In this document: positions 38,290-50,620 of the stretch, in pieces
Numbering within the stretch: position 1 is the stretch's first letter
Layout of the letters: each line of letters begins with the position of its first letter
From: Girardia tigrina
Taxonomy: Eukaryota
DNA: 54,430 bases
Direction: 5' to 3'
Assembly (NCBI GenBank): GCA_001938485.1
Contig: MQRK01250505.1
Span: forward strand, 12,567-66,996
Position numbers and translations under genes: made by a program
Notes under the pieces: model-generated
Database searches by the model: none
What the model was told of the DNA's origin: nothing
What the model saw: only the letters and a program-made list of their open reading frames with translations

Positions 38290-38900
38290 GAATGCTATAC
38301 TTGGTGAATAATTCTGGTAGAGTTGAGCTAACAAACTCGAAAGAAGCAGTATATCAAATCATTGGAGGATCTCTGTTTCCTAAATACAGATTACACGATG
38401 GCGGTGAGGAATCTGGAAATACAGAGGAGCGAATTGAAAATTAATGCAAATTAAACGAAAGTCATATACATTATGGATGATTCGAAAACGGGTTTAACAC
38501 ATGTTATTTTGGGGAAGATATGGTAGAAATTGTGAAAAAATTCTATTATATCGGGAGCATATTATTTACTCATGAAAGTCGTGACCAGGAAATTATTCAA
38601 AGTATACAATATTGTATGTGCACATATATTCTGCAATCAGTAATCAAAAGTTTTAGAGTTCTAATCATATTAAAGAAACAGCTGATAGAGTCTAATGTAC
38701 TGCAGATAATTTATTATGGAAATAATGTTCACAATGGAAAATGAAATAACTTCAGGCTTTTCATAATAAATTATACAAGGATGGTCATCGGGAAAATACA
38801 ATTGACAGAATTCCTAACATGAATCTCTCCATCGAACTGAATGAATCCTGAAACATGTTAGCCAGAAAGCGTATTCAGTTCTATGAATACCAAAAGCAGA
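38290..38900 (+). mobile_element. RTE-like LINE RT C-terminal remnant (likely the continuation of 34270-35920)
   Basis: LKINAN*TKV...EIVKKFYYIGSI...DQEIIQSI. Confidence 0.65.
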
Positions 38901-39238
38901 AAGAAGTTGAGTGCGTGAAATTAACATTAGTAGCACAATTCAAACCGAGCATAAATAAATTCAGCAGCCATAAAAACCAGTTGATGAACGAAAGAATAGA
39001 TCAGGATATGCTATATTTACTTGGATCTGAAAGAAAAGGTAAAGAGTTTTCACGAATCAAAGAAATGGTATTGGGAAAAGAATAAATAGAATAATGAATA
39101 AAAAGAGTAAAACAATAAAAAGAAAGAATTGGTTGAAAATGGTTATTGTTTTAATAATGATAATATATCCAGTTACAAAAAGAGGCTTGTCAAATAACGG
39201 TATAAAGTACATAAGTACCCTTCAGCTTAACGAAACGA

Positions 39239-39378
39239 GGGTTACTTGGTCCGATCAGATCGCTGTGACACAAGCATTACGGAGCAAGCATTCTCTATGC
39301 GAGCCTGGCAGACATACTTCCTCGTAGTATCCCTGGGAAACTAGAATTTGTTCGATTCCGTTTTTAGACTAGTGTCTG
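39239..39378 (+). ncRNA. HDV-like self-cleaving ribozyme (copy 1)
   Basis: P1 GGGUUAC/GUAUCCC (one mismatch), P2 CAGACA/UGUCUG, P3 UAC/GUA, L3 UUCCUC, GG for P1.1, P4 CUAGAA/UUUUAG, J4/2 CUAG. Confidence 0.7.
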
Positions 39379-39658
39379 AAGCTAGCCGATATCTGTACCG
39401 ACAGAATATTGTAGTACCAGTGGGCTTTCAATCCACTTACAAGGCTGTAGCTTACCTAAACTGAGTGTCATGGCTAGGGGAGTAGTGACACTTGATTTTA
39501 GATTTTTTAATCTTGATGAGTGGTGTTGTGAAACCGGTTTGCCGGCGGAGCTTAGGCATATTAATCCCCACATGGGAGAAGTGCCTTTTGAAGCCATTAG
39601 CGTCTCAGACCTCTTAAAAAGCTTCGGGCTTAATAACTTTATAGGATGTGAGGATCAC
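39239..39658 (+). mobile_element. ~0.4 kb non-coding retro-like element (copy 1)
   Basis: Colinear homology with 52235-52622; both copies end at TTTATAGGATGTGAGGATCAC. Confidence 0.75.
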
Positions 39659-40550
39659 CAAGCAAGAATATTTAATAATAAAATGAATGAATTTGTTATC
39701 AGAGAAATATTTATTTTTAGAGAAATTATTTTACAGTCATTTTATTATTGATTATAATTATTTTGTATATTGTTGTACTTCATTGGAACATTCATTTTTT
39801 CGTTGTTTTAATATCAATCATCATTTAAAAGTTTTTAAAAATTATAATGATATTGTAATGATATTAAAATCTAAAAATATGAAAAGAAGACTTCATTGCC
39901 GTTATTTTATTATCCAGGAGAATGAGAAGAGAATAAAAGTTTTTTCACAGTCGATGTAAGAAGAACATTAAAATAATAAAACAGAGTCTAAGAAATTAAT
40001 TCATGAAGAAAACGATTGTTCTCGGCTGTTGAAAAAAATCAATAATTTAATTTCCTCATAATTGTTAAAAGAAATTTTCATTCTTTAAAGGTAGTAATAT
40101 TTTATTGTTTTGCTATCAGAATTAAGAAAAAAAATATTTTTGTTGTGTTGTCATAATAATAATAAATAATAATATTAATAATAATAATAATATTAAAAGA
40201 AATAATAATAAAAATAATAAGATAATAATGTTATTAATACTATTATTATTATCAATAGTCATAATAATAATTGTTAGGAATTTGGGGGGCTCACATAAAT
40301 CTTTGAATTTTTATATTTAAAACCAATGAAGGAAATTTTCAAAATATTTAAAAATATTCTAAAATACATAATATATATAGAAGAAATTTTAGAGTTAACG
40401 ATATTTTTTATAAATTAAAATACAGGAACATTTTAGGGTTGAAAATATTTTAAATTAAAATTTAAAATAAGAATTTAATTATTTAAATAAACTTTAAAAA
40501 AATGGCAATTTTTACTAAAAACAAATAAACACCATTTAAAAATATATTTT

Positions 40551-40591
40551 TGATAATATATTTCGACGGTTTAACCGTCATCATCAGATCA
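40551..40591 (-). ncRNA. Minimal hammerhead ribozyme
   Basis: UGAU-CUGAUGA-U-GACGGU(UAA)ACCGUC-GAAAUAUAUU-AUCA. Confidence 0.8.
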
Positions 40592-40766
40592 CTGATTATG
40601 TTCTTTTTATATTTTTTACATAAGAAATGAATGATTACAGAATCACTTATGTAAGTCTAATCGAAAACTCTCAACTAATTTGTTAAGAGTTTTCAATTAG
40701 ACTTACGTAAGTGATTGTATAATCATTCATTTCTTATATAAAAGCAATAAAAAAGAACATAATCAG

Positions 40767-40807
40767 TGATCTGATGATGACGGTTAAACCGTCGAAATAT
40801 ATTATAA
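40767..40807 (+). ncRNA. Minimal hammerhead ribozyme
   Basis: Same core at 40771-40797, with one mismatch in stem I. Confidence 0.75.
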
Positions 40808-41159
40808 AAAACTTATTTAAATATTATTATAAAATTTTTATTTTTATAAGAATATAAAATCAAAATGAAAAGTTTAGTTTAAGATTTAAAAAAATATGAT
40901 TAATGATTAAAATAGAAACTTTATAACTGAAATATTTCTGATATGAAAATGTTTTAAAATGAATTGAAATTAATAAATTTTTACAAAATCTTTAAAGGAT
41001 AAAATTTTAATAAAAAAATATTATAAAACTAATTTTGTAAATTTCAAAAAAAAAGAAATAATAAATTAAGTATTCTTATTTATATCACATTGTCTCTGTG
41101 TATAAAAGGTTTGAACAAAAGAAAAATTGTTCCTCGAAAATTTTTTCGAAAAAATAAGT

Positions 41160-42182
41160 TATATATAATATATATGTCGAAAATGTTGGTTTGTCGGTCA
41201 CCCTATGATCAAAATGTTAAATAGCGGAGGAACCCGAGCGAATCCAAGTAAGAACATGGTCGATTTAGATAGCCCACATTAAGACGGTTCTGTCGGTGTA
41301 GCACCTTTGCCGAAAGACGCCGGACAATCGATGAATTTGATCGAAAACCGCGTAGGTCGTTAAATTGTTAAATCAACACTGATTTCGAATAATGCCGATT
41401 CGGATGATTCCTACTAGGAATTTCGTGAAAATTTTATGAAAATACTAATAAAATATTTGAGAAATGATCATTTTTATCACTTATTTACAAATTATATTGC
41501 TCTAATTTTGTTACATTGTTATATTACATTACTCTAATAATATTCTATTACGTTACTCTAATTATATTACATAAATTTTGTATAAATTTGCAAATTTTCG
41601 TTATTAATGATAAGATTATAATACCTTATACATGGTTATAGTTACGGTTAGGGTTAGGGTTAGGTTTAATGTGAGGATTAGGGGTTAGGATTATGATTTG
41701 AAGGTATAGTTAAAGTTATGGTTAAGGTAAGGTGTGAGAGTTAAGGTTAGTGGGTTATGGTTTAGTTTAGGTATAGTGCTATGTTTAGGTTTACGGTTAC
41801 GGTTTAGGTTAATTTTTTAATAATTAACTCTTTATCATTATCCTCCTACAATACTAGTTTGTTAATATTTTGGAAAAATTTTTAATGTTTACTACGATAA
41901 AATTTGACGGCAAAAAATAGAGAAAGAGTTAGTCGAAGAACGTTAGAAAGGACTTAAAAAAAGAAAGACAACTTCGATATAGAGAACGTCAGAAAGAAAA
42001 TTCTGAAGAGATTCAACGAATAAAAATGTGAAAACAAGAGATAAGCGAAGAAATTTCATATCATAAATGAAAATCCAAAGTGCTTAATTTTAATATTATG
42101 TTTGATTATGTTCATTGAAAATTTTATGAAATTATATTTTTCTTTTGATTTTTTGCGGGCCGTCGTGACGGGTAAAAACTAA
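41160..42182 (+). mobile_element. Helitron-like non-autonomous element (family A) with an internal TTAGGG-like tract
   Basis: 41180-41500 is homologous to 51420-51730. 3' hairpin CCGTC-GT-GACGG followed by AAAACTAA. Degenerate GGTTAG repeats at 41635-41812. Confidence 0.65.
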
Positions 42183-42827
42183 ATATAAATATCTTTTATA
42201 CTTGAATATTAAAATTAAAAATATTTTCAAATTTTAAAACTTTATGAATAATATAGAAACTTTCATATATACGTGTCATTTTCTACTATGTTATATTAAT
42301 TTTAAATTTTAATTAAAAGTTTGGTTTTATGACTTCAACTTTTGATATCAAACCTAACAATAATAATAAAATAATATTAATATTAAATAAAATAATAATG
42401 CAAATATAAGATGTAAGATGTAAGAGATGTACAAAAATATGGTAGGTGTTATTTAAAGTAGGATGTACTTATATAAATGATACAACAATTTTATATTGCA
42501 ATAAAAGTAACATGAATCATTTTATTGCAAATACATTAATAATTTTATGTCGTGTGATACATTAATGTGGAGTTCACGCTAAAGTGGGTTTTGATTTTTG
42601 TAAATACTTCTCTCAATGAACGATAGAATCATTTGTTAATGTCAGATGTTCTGTCAAAAACTTGCGTCAATGTGCATCGACACAGAAGCCTACATTGTTT
42701 AAATCACTTTACGCTTCTATGAACAACCTTTGGTCAAACATATAAGATAAAAAAATGACAAAATTTATTTTTTTTCTTTTTGCAACATCAGAAATTTTCT
42801 TATTTTCCATTCTTTCTGTTAGCTTAC

Positions 42828-43173
42828 TTTATATATATATATCCATGGAATTTAGAAACCTGTTTTTGAAGGCTTTTTACTCAATCTATTTTCTCCAAAC
42901 TTTGTACACTTACTCATTCTCGATGACAATAAATGATTATGTGGAAATCTGATCGAAAAAACATGATTAGGATCACAAAATGGGAAAAAACGGAAAATTT
43001 GGAGTTCCCGAACAATAATAATTGCAAGATATCTACTTATAAAATTATAAGTAGTTGATATTAATTTTGTTTTTCAATTAAAATTTTTAAAATTTTAAAA
43101 ACTTTGTTTGCAAAATAGAGTTATGTCGGCGTAAAGAATGGATATAAAAAATTTAATTTTTTAATTTACTAGT
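42828..43173 (+). mobile_element. Helitron-like family B copy
   Basis: (TA)n-TCCATGGAATTTAGAAAC start and TTTACTAGT end. Confidence 0.65.
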
Positions 43174-43983
43174 TTTTTGTATGTCTTGGAATAAAATAAC
43201 CTGAATATTATGAGGAGGTCACTGCTATTTAGTTGGTACAATATGGTGTTCAAATTCGTGTGGTTGTAAGGTTCCAGTTTATGTTGAAAAGCCATCGGGC
43301 ATCGATGGTGATCAAATTGAGATGTTAAATAAAAATATTTACGTTTTACTATGTCTTATAAAAAATAAATAAGAAATATGTTTGATATTCTCCTACTGAA
43401 ATGAGATATTAATCTAGCTAGAATAACATGACTTGTTTACATCTTTTTGTTGATAATACAAGAGAAACTAAATATCTTTTATGAACAATGAATATATTAT
43501 TACCCCACGTTGAAAATTCTTCTGACTGAAAAAAGTTCTTTTACCAAATTCTAAAGTTTTAACCACCTTGATCATTAAACATTTAGTTATAAAACGATTG
43601 CGATTATCAGTTTGATGTTGGATTTGGGATTATTATGTTGTTGAAGGATTGAAAGAAATAAAATTCTTGGAATCTGGGAATGGCTATGTTGATAGACATT
43701 CCTTGGTTCTTGGGGCCATTCTTCCGGATTAGGACTTTTGTTAGAGGCGCCAGAGTTTGTCGCGTGATTTTTGCATTTTATAAATTTTTATGAAAAGAAA
43801 GTAGATTCAAACCGTCTTATGGTAATAGAGTCTTGTATGAGCAAATGATTGAATGAATATATGAATGAAAAAATGTTTGTATGGATAAGTACAAAATAAT
43901 GTACAATTTTCGATGTTTTCGCGTTTATAAGTTCTTTATTCTTGTCACATGAGGTTTTTATTTTTTTCTTAAATCTTTTATTC

Positions 43984-44271
43984 CAGTGTCGGGCAACCAG
44001 TGTGCCGCAAAAAAATCTGGGGGCGCCGAGAAAATTTTTGTAAAATATTTAAAATTGTTTAAGTAATTGAACTTAATATTTAACAAGTTATTGAAGTATT
44101 GCTGCAGCAATATTAGTCATATTTTTGCATCGTTTTAAAACACACAGTAAGTTTCGCAAACAGTAATTGTAATTACTTACGAAAAAAATTATATTGAGTC
44201 CCACAGGTGCGCTGCGAAAACAATATTTTAAGCATAGTGCGCCGCAACTCGAAAAAGGTTACCCGACACTG
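43984..44271. mobile_element. hAT-like MITE
   Basis: TIR CAGTGTCGGGCAACC / GGTTACCCGACACTG with repeated GTGCGCCGC subterminal motifs. TSD not clear. Confidence 0.75.
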
Positions 44272-44390
44272 CACATTCAATAAAATGCACATTTGAAATG
44301 TTCGGAATGTGATGTTTGGCTGTGTGTAGACCCTTTTGCGGAATATCATTGTTTGACAGGCGGTGCAGTGGAAGCTTAGTTAAGGGTCAA
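44272..44390 (+). mobile_element. piggyBac 3' remnant (cysteine-rich domain and right end)
   Basis: KCSECDVWLCVDPFAEYH followed by a TTAAGGG-TCAA terminus. Confidence 0.6.
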
Positions 44391-44959
44391 GTAATAACCC
44401 TTTTAATAATCCTCAATGACGCACCAACGTCCAAATGACTGCCTTAGATTGTGATAATATTAAGCGGCTGTCGTCTTCATTTCAAGATCATTTCTGTCTG
44501 GACTCCATTCGTTCCCCGGATCCCATTTCTCTAAGTTAGGGATATATTCGTCCATAAGATTATGTTATGTCCGCTCGTCTCCTGCAGTTTCAACACAGTT
44601 TCCTGGATCTTCTTGACGCTCATCTCATCTATTTACTTCTCATATATCCGACAAGTAGATTTAATAGCTCTAAAGATAGCCTTCCCTCGTTCTCTCGATT
44701 TTTTGGTAATTACATAATTTACACCTTTTGGAACGATATTTCTACGATAAGACGCGCATACCGCCATAATTTCACTGATTTAATCGGAACAATTGTAACT
44801 AGCGGTTAATGATTGCGAGGATACGGAATCAAACTGGTTCGGAACCCATTCAAACTAACATTAAGAACTCCAATGAATCGCAAAAAAGCCGATACATTAC
44901 TTATAATCAAATCAACAAGTATTGTTTAATTATCAATCTTAAAGGCACGATCAAAATAA

Positions 44960-44992
<33 letters not shown>

Positions 44993-45053
44993 NNNNNNNN
45001 NNNNNNNNNNNNNNNNNNNNNNNNNNNNNNNNNNNNNNNNNNGATAAAAACAA

Positions 45054-45094
45054 GACGACGCGTTTCGAGATAATAAAAATCCCATCATCAGGTC
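45054..45094 (-). ncRNA. Minimal hammerhead ribozyme with intact core
   Basis: GAC-CUGAUGA-U-GGGAU(7 nt)AUCUC-GAAACGCGUC-GUC, with palindromic ACGCGU and a GUC cleavage triplet. Confidence 0.82.
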
Positions 45095-45249
45095 ACAAAA
45101 TGTACCAAGCAGGTACACTATATGGAAACTTGCCGAAAATAAATAAAATTTATCCAATATAATTTACTTTAAAAGGTAACAAAAAAATTAAACATTATTA
45201 TTTATGAAAATATTATTGGATAATAATGGCAAAAAATATTTTAATTAAA

Positions 45250-45470
45250 AATTTTAAGTATTGAAATAACCTTACTTTGCCCATTCTGAATGTTAATTGA
45301 TGGGTTGTAGTAAATTATATCTATTAAAATTGTATTAAAATTGTATTATTCGAACAATTCAATATTCATTTACTAAATATCCGAAAATTGCTGATGATGA
45401 TGTACGTAAACATCGAAACATGTCCAATAATTATATAAAAAAAACTTTAATCAAATTATATTTTCGAAAT
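45250..45470. mobile_element. Rearranged PLE 3' end of the same family as 20365-21400
   Basis: 45250-45310 is the reverse complement of ~21154-21215; 45335-45470 matches the pLTR at ~21300-21450 in the plus orientation. Confidence 0.8.
45387..45428 (+). ncRNA. Minimal hammerhead ribozyme with intact core
   Basis: AUUG-CUGAUGA-U-GAUGU(6 nt)ACAUC-GAAACAUGUC-CAAU. Confidence 0.85.
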
Positions 45471-46849
45471 ACTAAACTTGCGTTCACTGGTTTTCTTCCC
45501 TGCTCCAAACGCTGTTTTCATTGATGGTTTTTGATAAGCAAATGTTTGTCTTTGTTTCAAAACCAATTTTGATATATAGGATGATCATGTTTCCCAGTTT
45601 TTACTTCGACATGCTGTTTTGCATCATAACATGTTTGCCTTGCAATGTAAACTCGATTACATTTTTTAAAAGCGATTGTAAGCGATCTTTTGGTCATAAG
45701 AAGTTTTAAAATCAAATATTTATTAAATAAAAATGATTTATAAAACTGTGATAACGTGATGAATTTGTTTTAATTAATAATTTTACAAGAGTAGAAATTA
45801 TTTAAATATAAAGTTGTGCGTGCTCATTGACTTATTATTCATTGCAGTAAATATCAAAAATATTATAATTAAAATAATTTGCTGATATGTAAATCATATT
45901 ATATTTATTTATAATTTTAAATTATTTTAAACATCTTAAATAGTGATGTTATTTGGGTCGTGATATTATTAAAATAGTATCACTAACATTTTGTAAATTA
46001 GTAATATTATTTGGACCGTGATACTATTTGGGTTAATGGTACTATTCGGCGATATACGTTATATGTGTCGGTATATAACCGACAATCAGAACGGAGATTT
46101 TGAAACTGAGATCAACTATATTGTTTATTCTTTATATAATAAATGTAAATAAGAAAAGAATGTGTTATATAAGTATTTTATAAATGATATTGAATAACTT
46201 TATTATATTATTTATATTAGCATAATGAAATCGGCCAGATTATAATATTCTAAATATAAATTTGTAACGAAGTCATCCGGAAAATAGAAATGGGTCGCTG
46301 CTTCCATCGTACTTAGCAAACCCATTGTCAGCACATAACTCCCATTAGGACATATATATTGGAACTGCTTTATCCTCATTGAAATGAGGAGTAAATTAAT
46401 TGCTTTTATAAATCTACTTTTGAAAAACGTGCGGCTGATTCTATTTATTTTTAATAATTTAGTAATAATTAGTATAGACAACCCGAATAGATTGGCCTAA
46501 AAATTTTAATTCCTATAATTGAATATCATATTTATTTATTCTTTTCAAACCATGTTTTTGATATAAGTGAAAGTAGTAATAAGTCAAAAGAGTCGACTAT
46601 TTAAATTGTTTTTAAAATAATAAAATATTGAATTGAGTTTAATTGTAAAGTCAAATTTATTTGCCCAGCCTAAATTTATTCATATCTTTTTTATTCCAGA
46701 TTTGATAAAATTACGAAACATGAAGGAAAATACGTGGTAAAAAATGTAATATTAAATTTTAATTTTTGAGTGATTAAATAAATAATATAGGTTGTTACGA
46801 ATTGATTAAATAAATATATATATAATTTTTTTATTAAAAGTAAAAAAAT

Positions 46850-46883
<34 letters not shown>

Positions 46884-47092
46884 TTATAAAATTTATTGTA
46901 ATTTTTTTGTTAAAAAAAGTTTTTAATTGTAATTAATGTTGGTATCTGGAAAATTCGAAAAATGTAATTTGTTTAAATAATATGATTGTAAATTAGTTAA
47001 AGTTTAAATGTCGATTAAAAATAAACAGTTGTGATTGAATTTTGAGTTTTCAATTTTGGAATATAATTAGTAATTGAAATTAGCATTTTCTG

Positions 47093-47830
47093 ATGGCATT
47101 ATTTTCTCCGACATATCAAAATCGATTAACAAATGTTTCCGATGTGAAATTAATCGTAAAAACCGAGAGAAAACGTCGTCGATTTGAAATAGCGTATTTT
47201 CCAAATAAAGTGATCGCTTGGCGACAAAAACTTGAATTTCAAATCCAAACTCTGCAAGATGAACTGATTTACACGAATGTGTGGAAAGCGGAAATCGCGA
47301 GCAAAAATAATTCGAAAGACGCTTTTCAAACGACGAATATTTTGGAGATTTGTAAAATTATATTGGAGAAAGGAGAGCTGCAATTGACGAAGAAAAAGCG
47401 ATAATTTGTGATGGATAATTTAATTAAAGATGTCACAAAAATTCTGCCTAATAAAAAGTTGAATCTGAGTACAAAACTATGCTTTCCATCAGCTGTGATA
47501 AAAAAAATAATTCACGATTGTCACATCAGTTTGAAACCGAATATATCCACAAAATAACAATCTCTCGACTTTATTTGAATATTGATAAAGAAATTGAATG
47601 TTCCGATCGATGTCGCTCTTTTATCTGTCAACATTATTGCGATACAAAAATAAATTAAATCAATCAAAGGAGAATTATGGAGTTATTGTGAAAATATTTT
47701 CTCAGAGGTGCCACAAGAGCACGATTTAAAGATGGAGGCGATTTTGAAACCGGAAAATTATGATTTATTCAAAGAAAATTTCGAATTACATAAAAAATGC
47801 AGCAACATAGGTTTTAATTTTAGTAATTGC
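47093..47830 (+). pseudogene. SBDS: Ribosome maturation protein SBDS/Sdo1 pseudogene, intronless
   Basis: MALFSPTYQNRLTNV...RFEIAYFPNKVIAWR...EICKIILEKGELQLT, then past a stop DCHISLKPNISTK*QSLD. Several stops and a frameshift. Confidence 0.9.
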
Positions 47831-47889
47831 TTTATTTTTTCAAATATATCAAAAATTTTATTGTAGCATTTTGAATTTTCGTCAGTGAG

Positions 47890-49014
47890 ATGGTTTTAGA
47901 CGTCGGATATTGCAGTGTTATCAAGTTCTTTTTTGACAGAAGATGAGGTGCAGTGAAATCTACGATCTTTTGTAGTCAATTGACTTATTCAAACTCCCTA
48001 CCTCTGACAATGGTTAAATATTCGGTCCGAGAGTTTAAAGGTGGTCGTGACTCCGTTTTTGATCAAGAAAAAATAAATCCGCCACAAGAAATTTTCGACA
48101 CAGTATATGAAAAATTGGAGGTGATACAAGAAGAGCATCGCAATACCCTGATAATGCTGTCACCGAAGCTCAACATTAGTTTTGGTACAGCCCATGCAAA
48201 ATTTAAATCCATGGGTATCAGAAAACTGTTCCAGATTCGTAGCCCGCTTCTTGACTAGTGAAATGATGCGAAACCGCTTGGAGTACAGTCAAAACAACCT
48301 GAATCTATGGGACCAACGTGGTGAGACTTTACTGGAAAATTTAATTACCAAGGAAGAAACCCCACTCAGTATGTATTTACCGGAAAAAAGCATAAGTCAG
48401 CAGAGTGGAAATTGTCTGGAGAGAAGCCATTTTTGAAGATTCGAACAGGGACAAGTCATGGGTAAACGATGATGCTTTACACCTTCTGGGATCATAAAGA
48501 TGCTATTCTCATGGATTTCGGCGATAAACGCATTACCACCAATGCTGTCTACTACAACTAACTCGTGATAACCGCCAGAAAGAATAGGCTGAAACAGAAG
48601 AACAGGCCACTATGAATTTTTTCACGACAATGCACCAGAGCACACAGTAGGCATTTCTCTGGCCACAGTTGAAGGTTCTGGACTAGTGCTTGTAGATCAT
48701 CTACCGTACACCCCAGATTTTGCACCGAGCGATTTATACCTTTTCAGACAACTAAAGAAGCATCTGAGAGGAACCAGTTTCGATCCAAACACGATTTGAA
48801 GGTTGATATGGAGGGTTTCTTCACCGCATTCCCTTAGAAGGTTTCTAAAAGGCGTTTTCTAAGTTGATTATTCGTTGGCGGAAGTGTGTAGAGCGAAATT
48901 GATATTATGTTGAAAAACGATAGCTACATTCGTTAAGCTTGTTGTGTTATAAAAATTGCCATTTTTGGAATTCTTTTTCTTTGTCATGCCGGGTACTTAT
49001 GCAACGCACTACGT
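47890..49014 (+). mobile_element. Mariner remnant, 5'-truncated and decayed
   Basis: SRFVARFLT, LITKEETP, FWD, HDNAPEH, HLPYTPDFAPSDLYLF and RWRKCVE. Probable right TIR at ~48988-49014. Confidence 0.88.
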
Positions 49015-49239
49015 CTAGGTTAAACTATACATCTAAAGAAGGTTCGATTTAAAAGTTAAAAAGTTTAATAAATACAATATAAATGTCATTGTAATTATCA
49101 ATATTTATGTGAGCTCAAATGACTTCTCTTTCAGTCTTTTTTTCGTTATCACTGCGTTATTAAATTAGTTTTTTTTAGGTTCAGTACTCTCCATAGTTGG
49201 GTGCGCGATATATTTCGTTAAGAATCTTTACTTGAGAAC

Positions 49240-49700
49240 TATTAAGAACATTAATTGAGTTTCATTTACATTTACTATTATCACAATTTTAATTGCCACT
49301 ATAACAATTCTCCGTAAAACTTGCGTAGCTCGTCATCGTTCTTGATTGATAATCTTTAATAATATTCTTTAACGTCTTATTATTCAAACAAAATTAAAAT
49401 ACAATTTAATCATTGCAAAAATAATTTATACTTTAAATTATAATTTAATTATTACAAAAATTATTTATAATTGAAATTTAAAATAATTTTTATCTATTTT
49501 AAGAAATTATTATTAAAATATTATTTATGAAATATTAGTTTAATTTAAAAGTGATTATTTAACTTTTAATAATTGATTAAACAACTTGACGTTTTAAAAT
49601 ATTTAAGATATCAATCTTCCATCTGGGTGGGAGAAACACGATCTAAATACAACATACCAAACAACACACAATGAACACCATTCAAAAATATTCCTCACAA
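49240..49700 (+). repeat. Family X repeat copy
   Basis: TATTAAGAAC start and TTCCATCTGGGTGGGAGAAACAC...AATATTCCTCACAA end, as at 6357-6457. Confidence 0.7.
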
Positions 49701-50394
49701 GAACTTTCCAAACAGTTATGAAATTTTTAAATTGTAATATTATATTTTTAATACACTTCCAGTTTGTTTTGAAAGTGTTTCTTGAAAACTTAAATTTTGG
49801 GGAAAAAAACGTAAATGCTTCAAAAAAGGAATGTAAAAACTTCACGCAATACAAATTTCATGGAAAATAAATCTGTTAGATAATAAAATTTATCATATAT
49901 GATTAAAAATCATGACAGAGAGAATTCGTATGGGAAATTCATTCCCACAAACTCCTGGCAAGAACAAGCCCAGAATTTTGTTCTCTAGCAGGGTCCATGA
50001 AACACTTGATACTAGCAAGTAGGGATAATTCTTAAAGGAAGTCAGTAGAGCTAAGAAAGAAATAATCAAAAATAAATTATTAAGGGTCTATTACAAGCCC
50101 AAGTAGCGTTTCATAGTCCTAATTAAATTTCTAGCTATTTATCAACATCTTAATCTAACTTAAAATCTTTTTGAAATTGAAATATTATTAATTCAAATTA
50201 ATCAAATTAGAAATATTACATCAATGATCCCTAAGGATCAAATATCTTAAAAAATAATAATTATAATTTACAAATTGAAAATTACCTGCAGCAGAAAAAA
50301 AACAACTTAAAAACCTAATAATTATAAATTAGAGAATTAGTCAGATTCAAGGAAAGAACTTTTATAATGTATTTCTTGCCAACAACATATATAA

Positions 50395-50620
50395 ATATAT
50401 ATAAGAAATGAATGATTATGTAATCACTTACGTAAGTCTAATCGAAAACTCTTAACAAATTAGTTGAGAGTGCTGTTTGAACATTGATTTTTGGATCACA
50501 TGATCTTATCAACAATGCTTCACATGACACTCTCTCCCAATAATTTTTCAACTAATTTGTTAAGAGTTTTCGATTAGACTTACGTAAGTGATTACACAAT
50601 CATTCATTTCTTATATATAT
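50395..50620. repeat. Inverted PLE 3'-end duplication
   Basis: ~75-bp inverted arms. The minus strand encodes WERVSCEALLIRSCDPKINVQTALSTNLLRVFD*. Confidence 0.85.

Larger units (their letters stand above)
40551..40807. repeat. Palindrome made of two inverted PLE 3' ends
   Basis: Arms of ~120 bp are reverse complements and are homologous to 33220-33363 and 50395-50620. Confidence 0.9.

Noticed and set aside
39382-39751. ORFs over the HDV-headed element
   Set aside because: Copy 2 has indels that break these frames while keeping the hairpins, so conservation is at the RNA level.
10990-47560. Stop-codon reassignment (TGA at a conserved Trp in PIG-M; TAA at a Gln in SBDS STK*Q)
   Set aside because: TGA also replaces Gly in the kinase, frameshifts co-occur, and each stop is one substitution from the expected codon. 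Ordinary decay explains it.
49945-50110. Twister ribozyme (AAGCCC motifs)
   Set aside because: Loop size is wrong and I could not find the pseudoknot partners or P1/P2.
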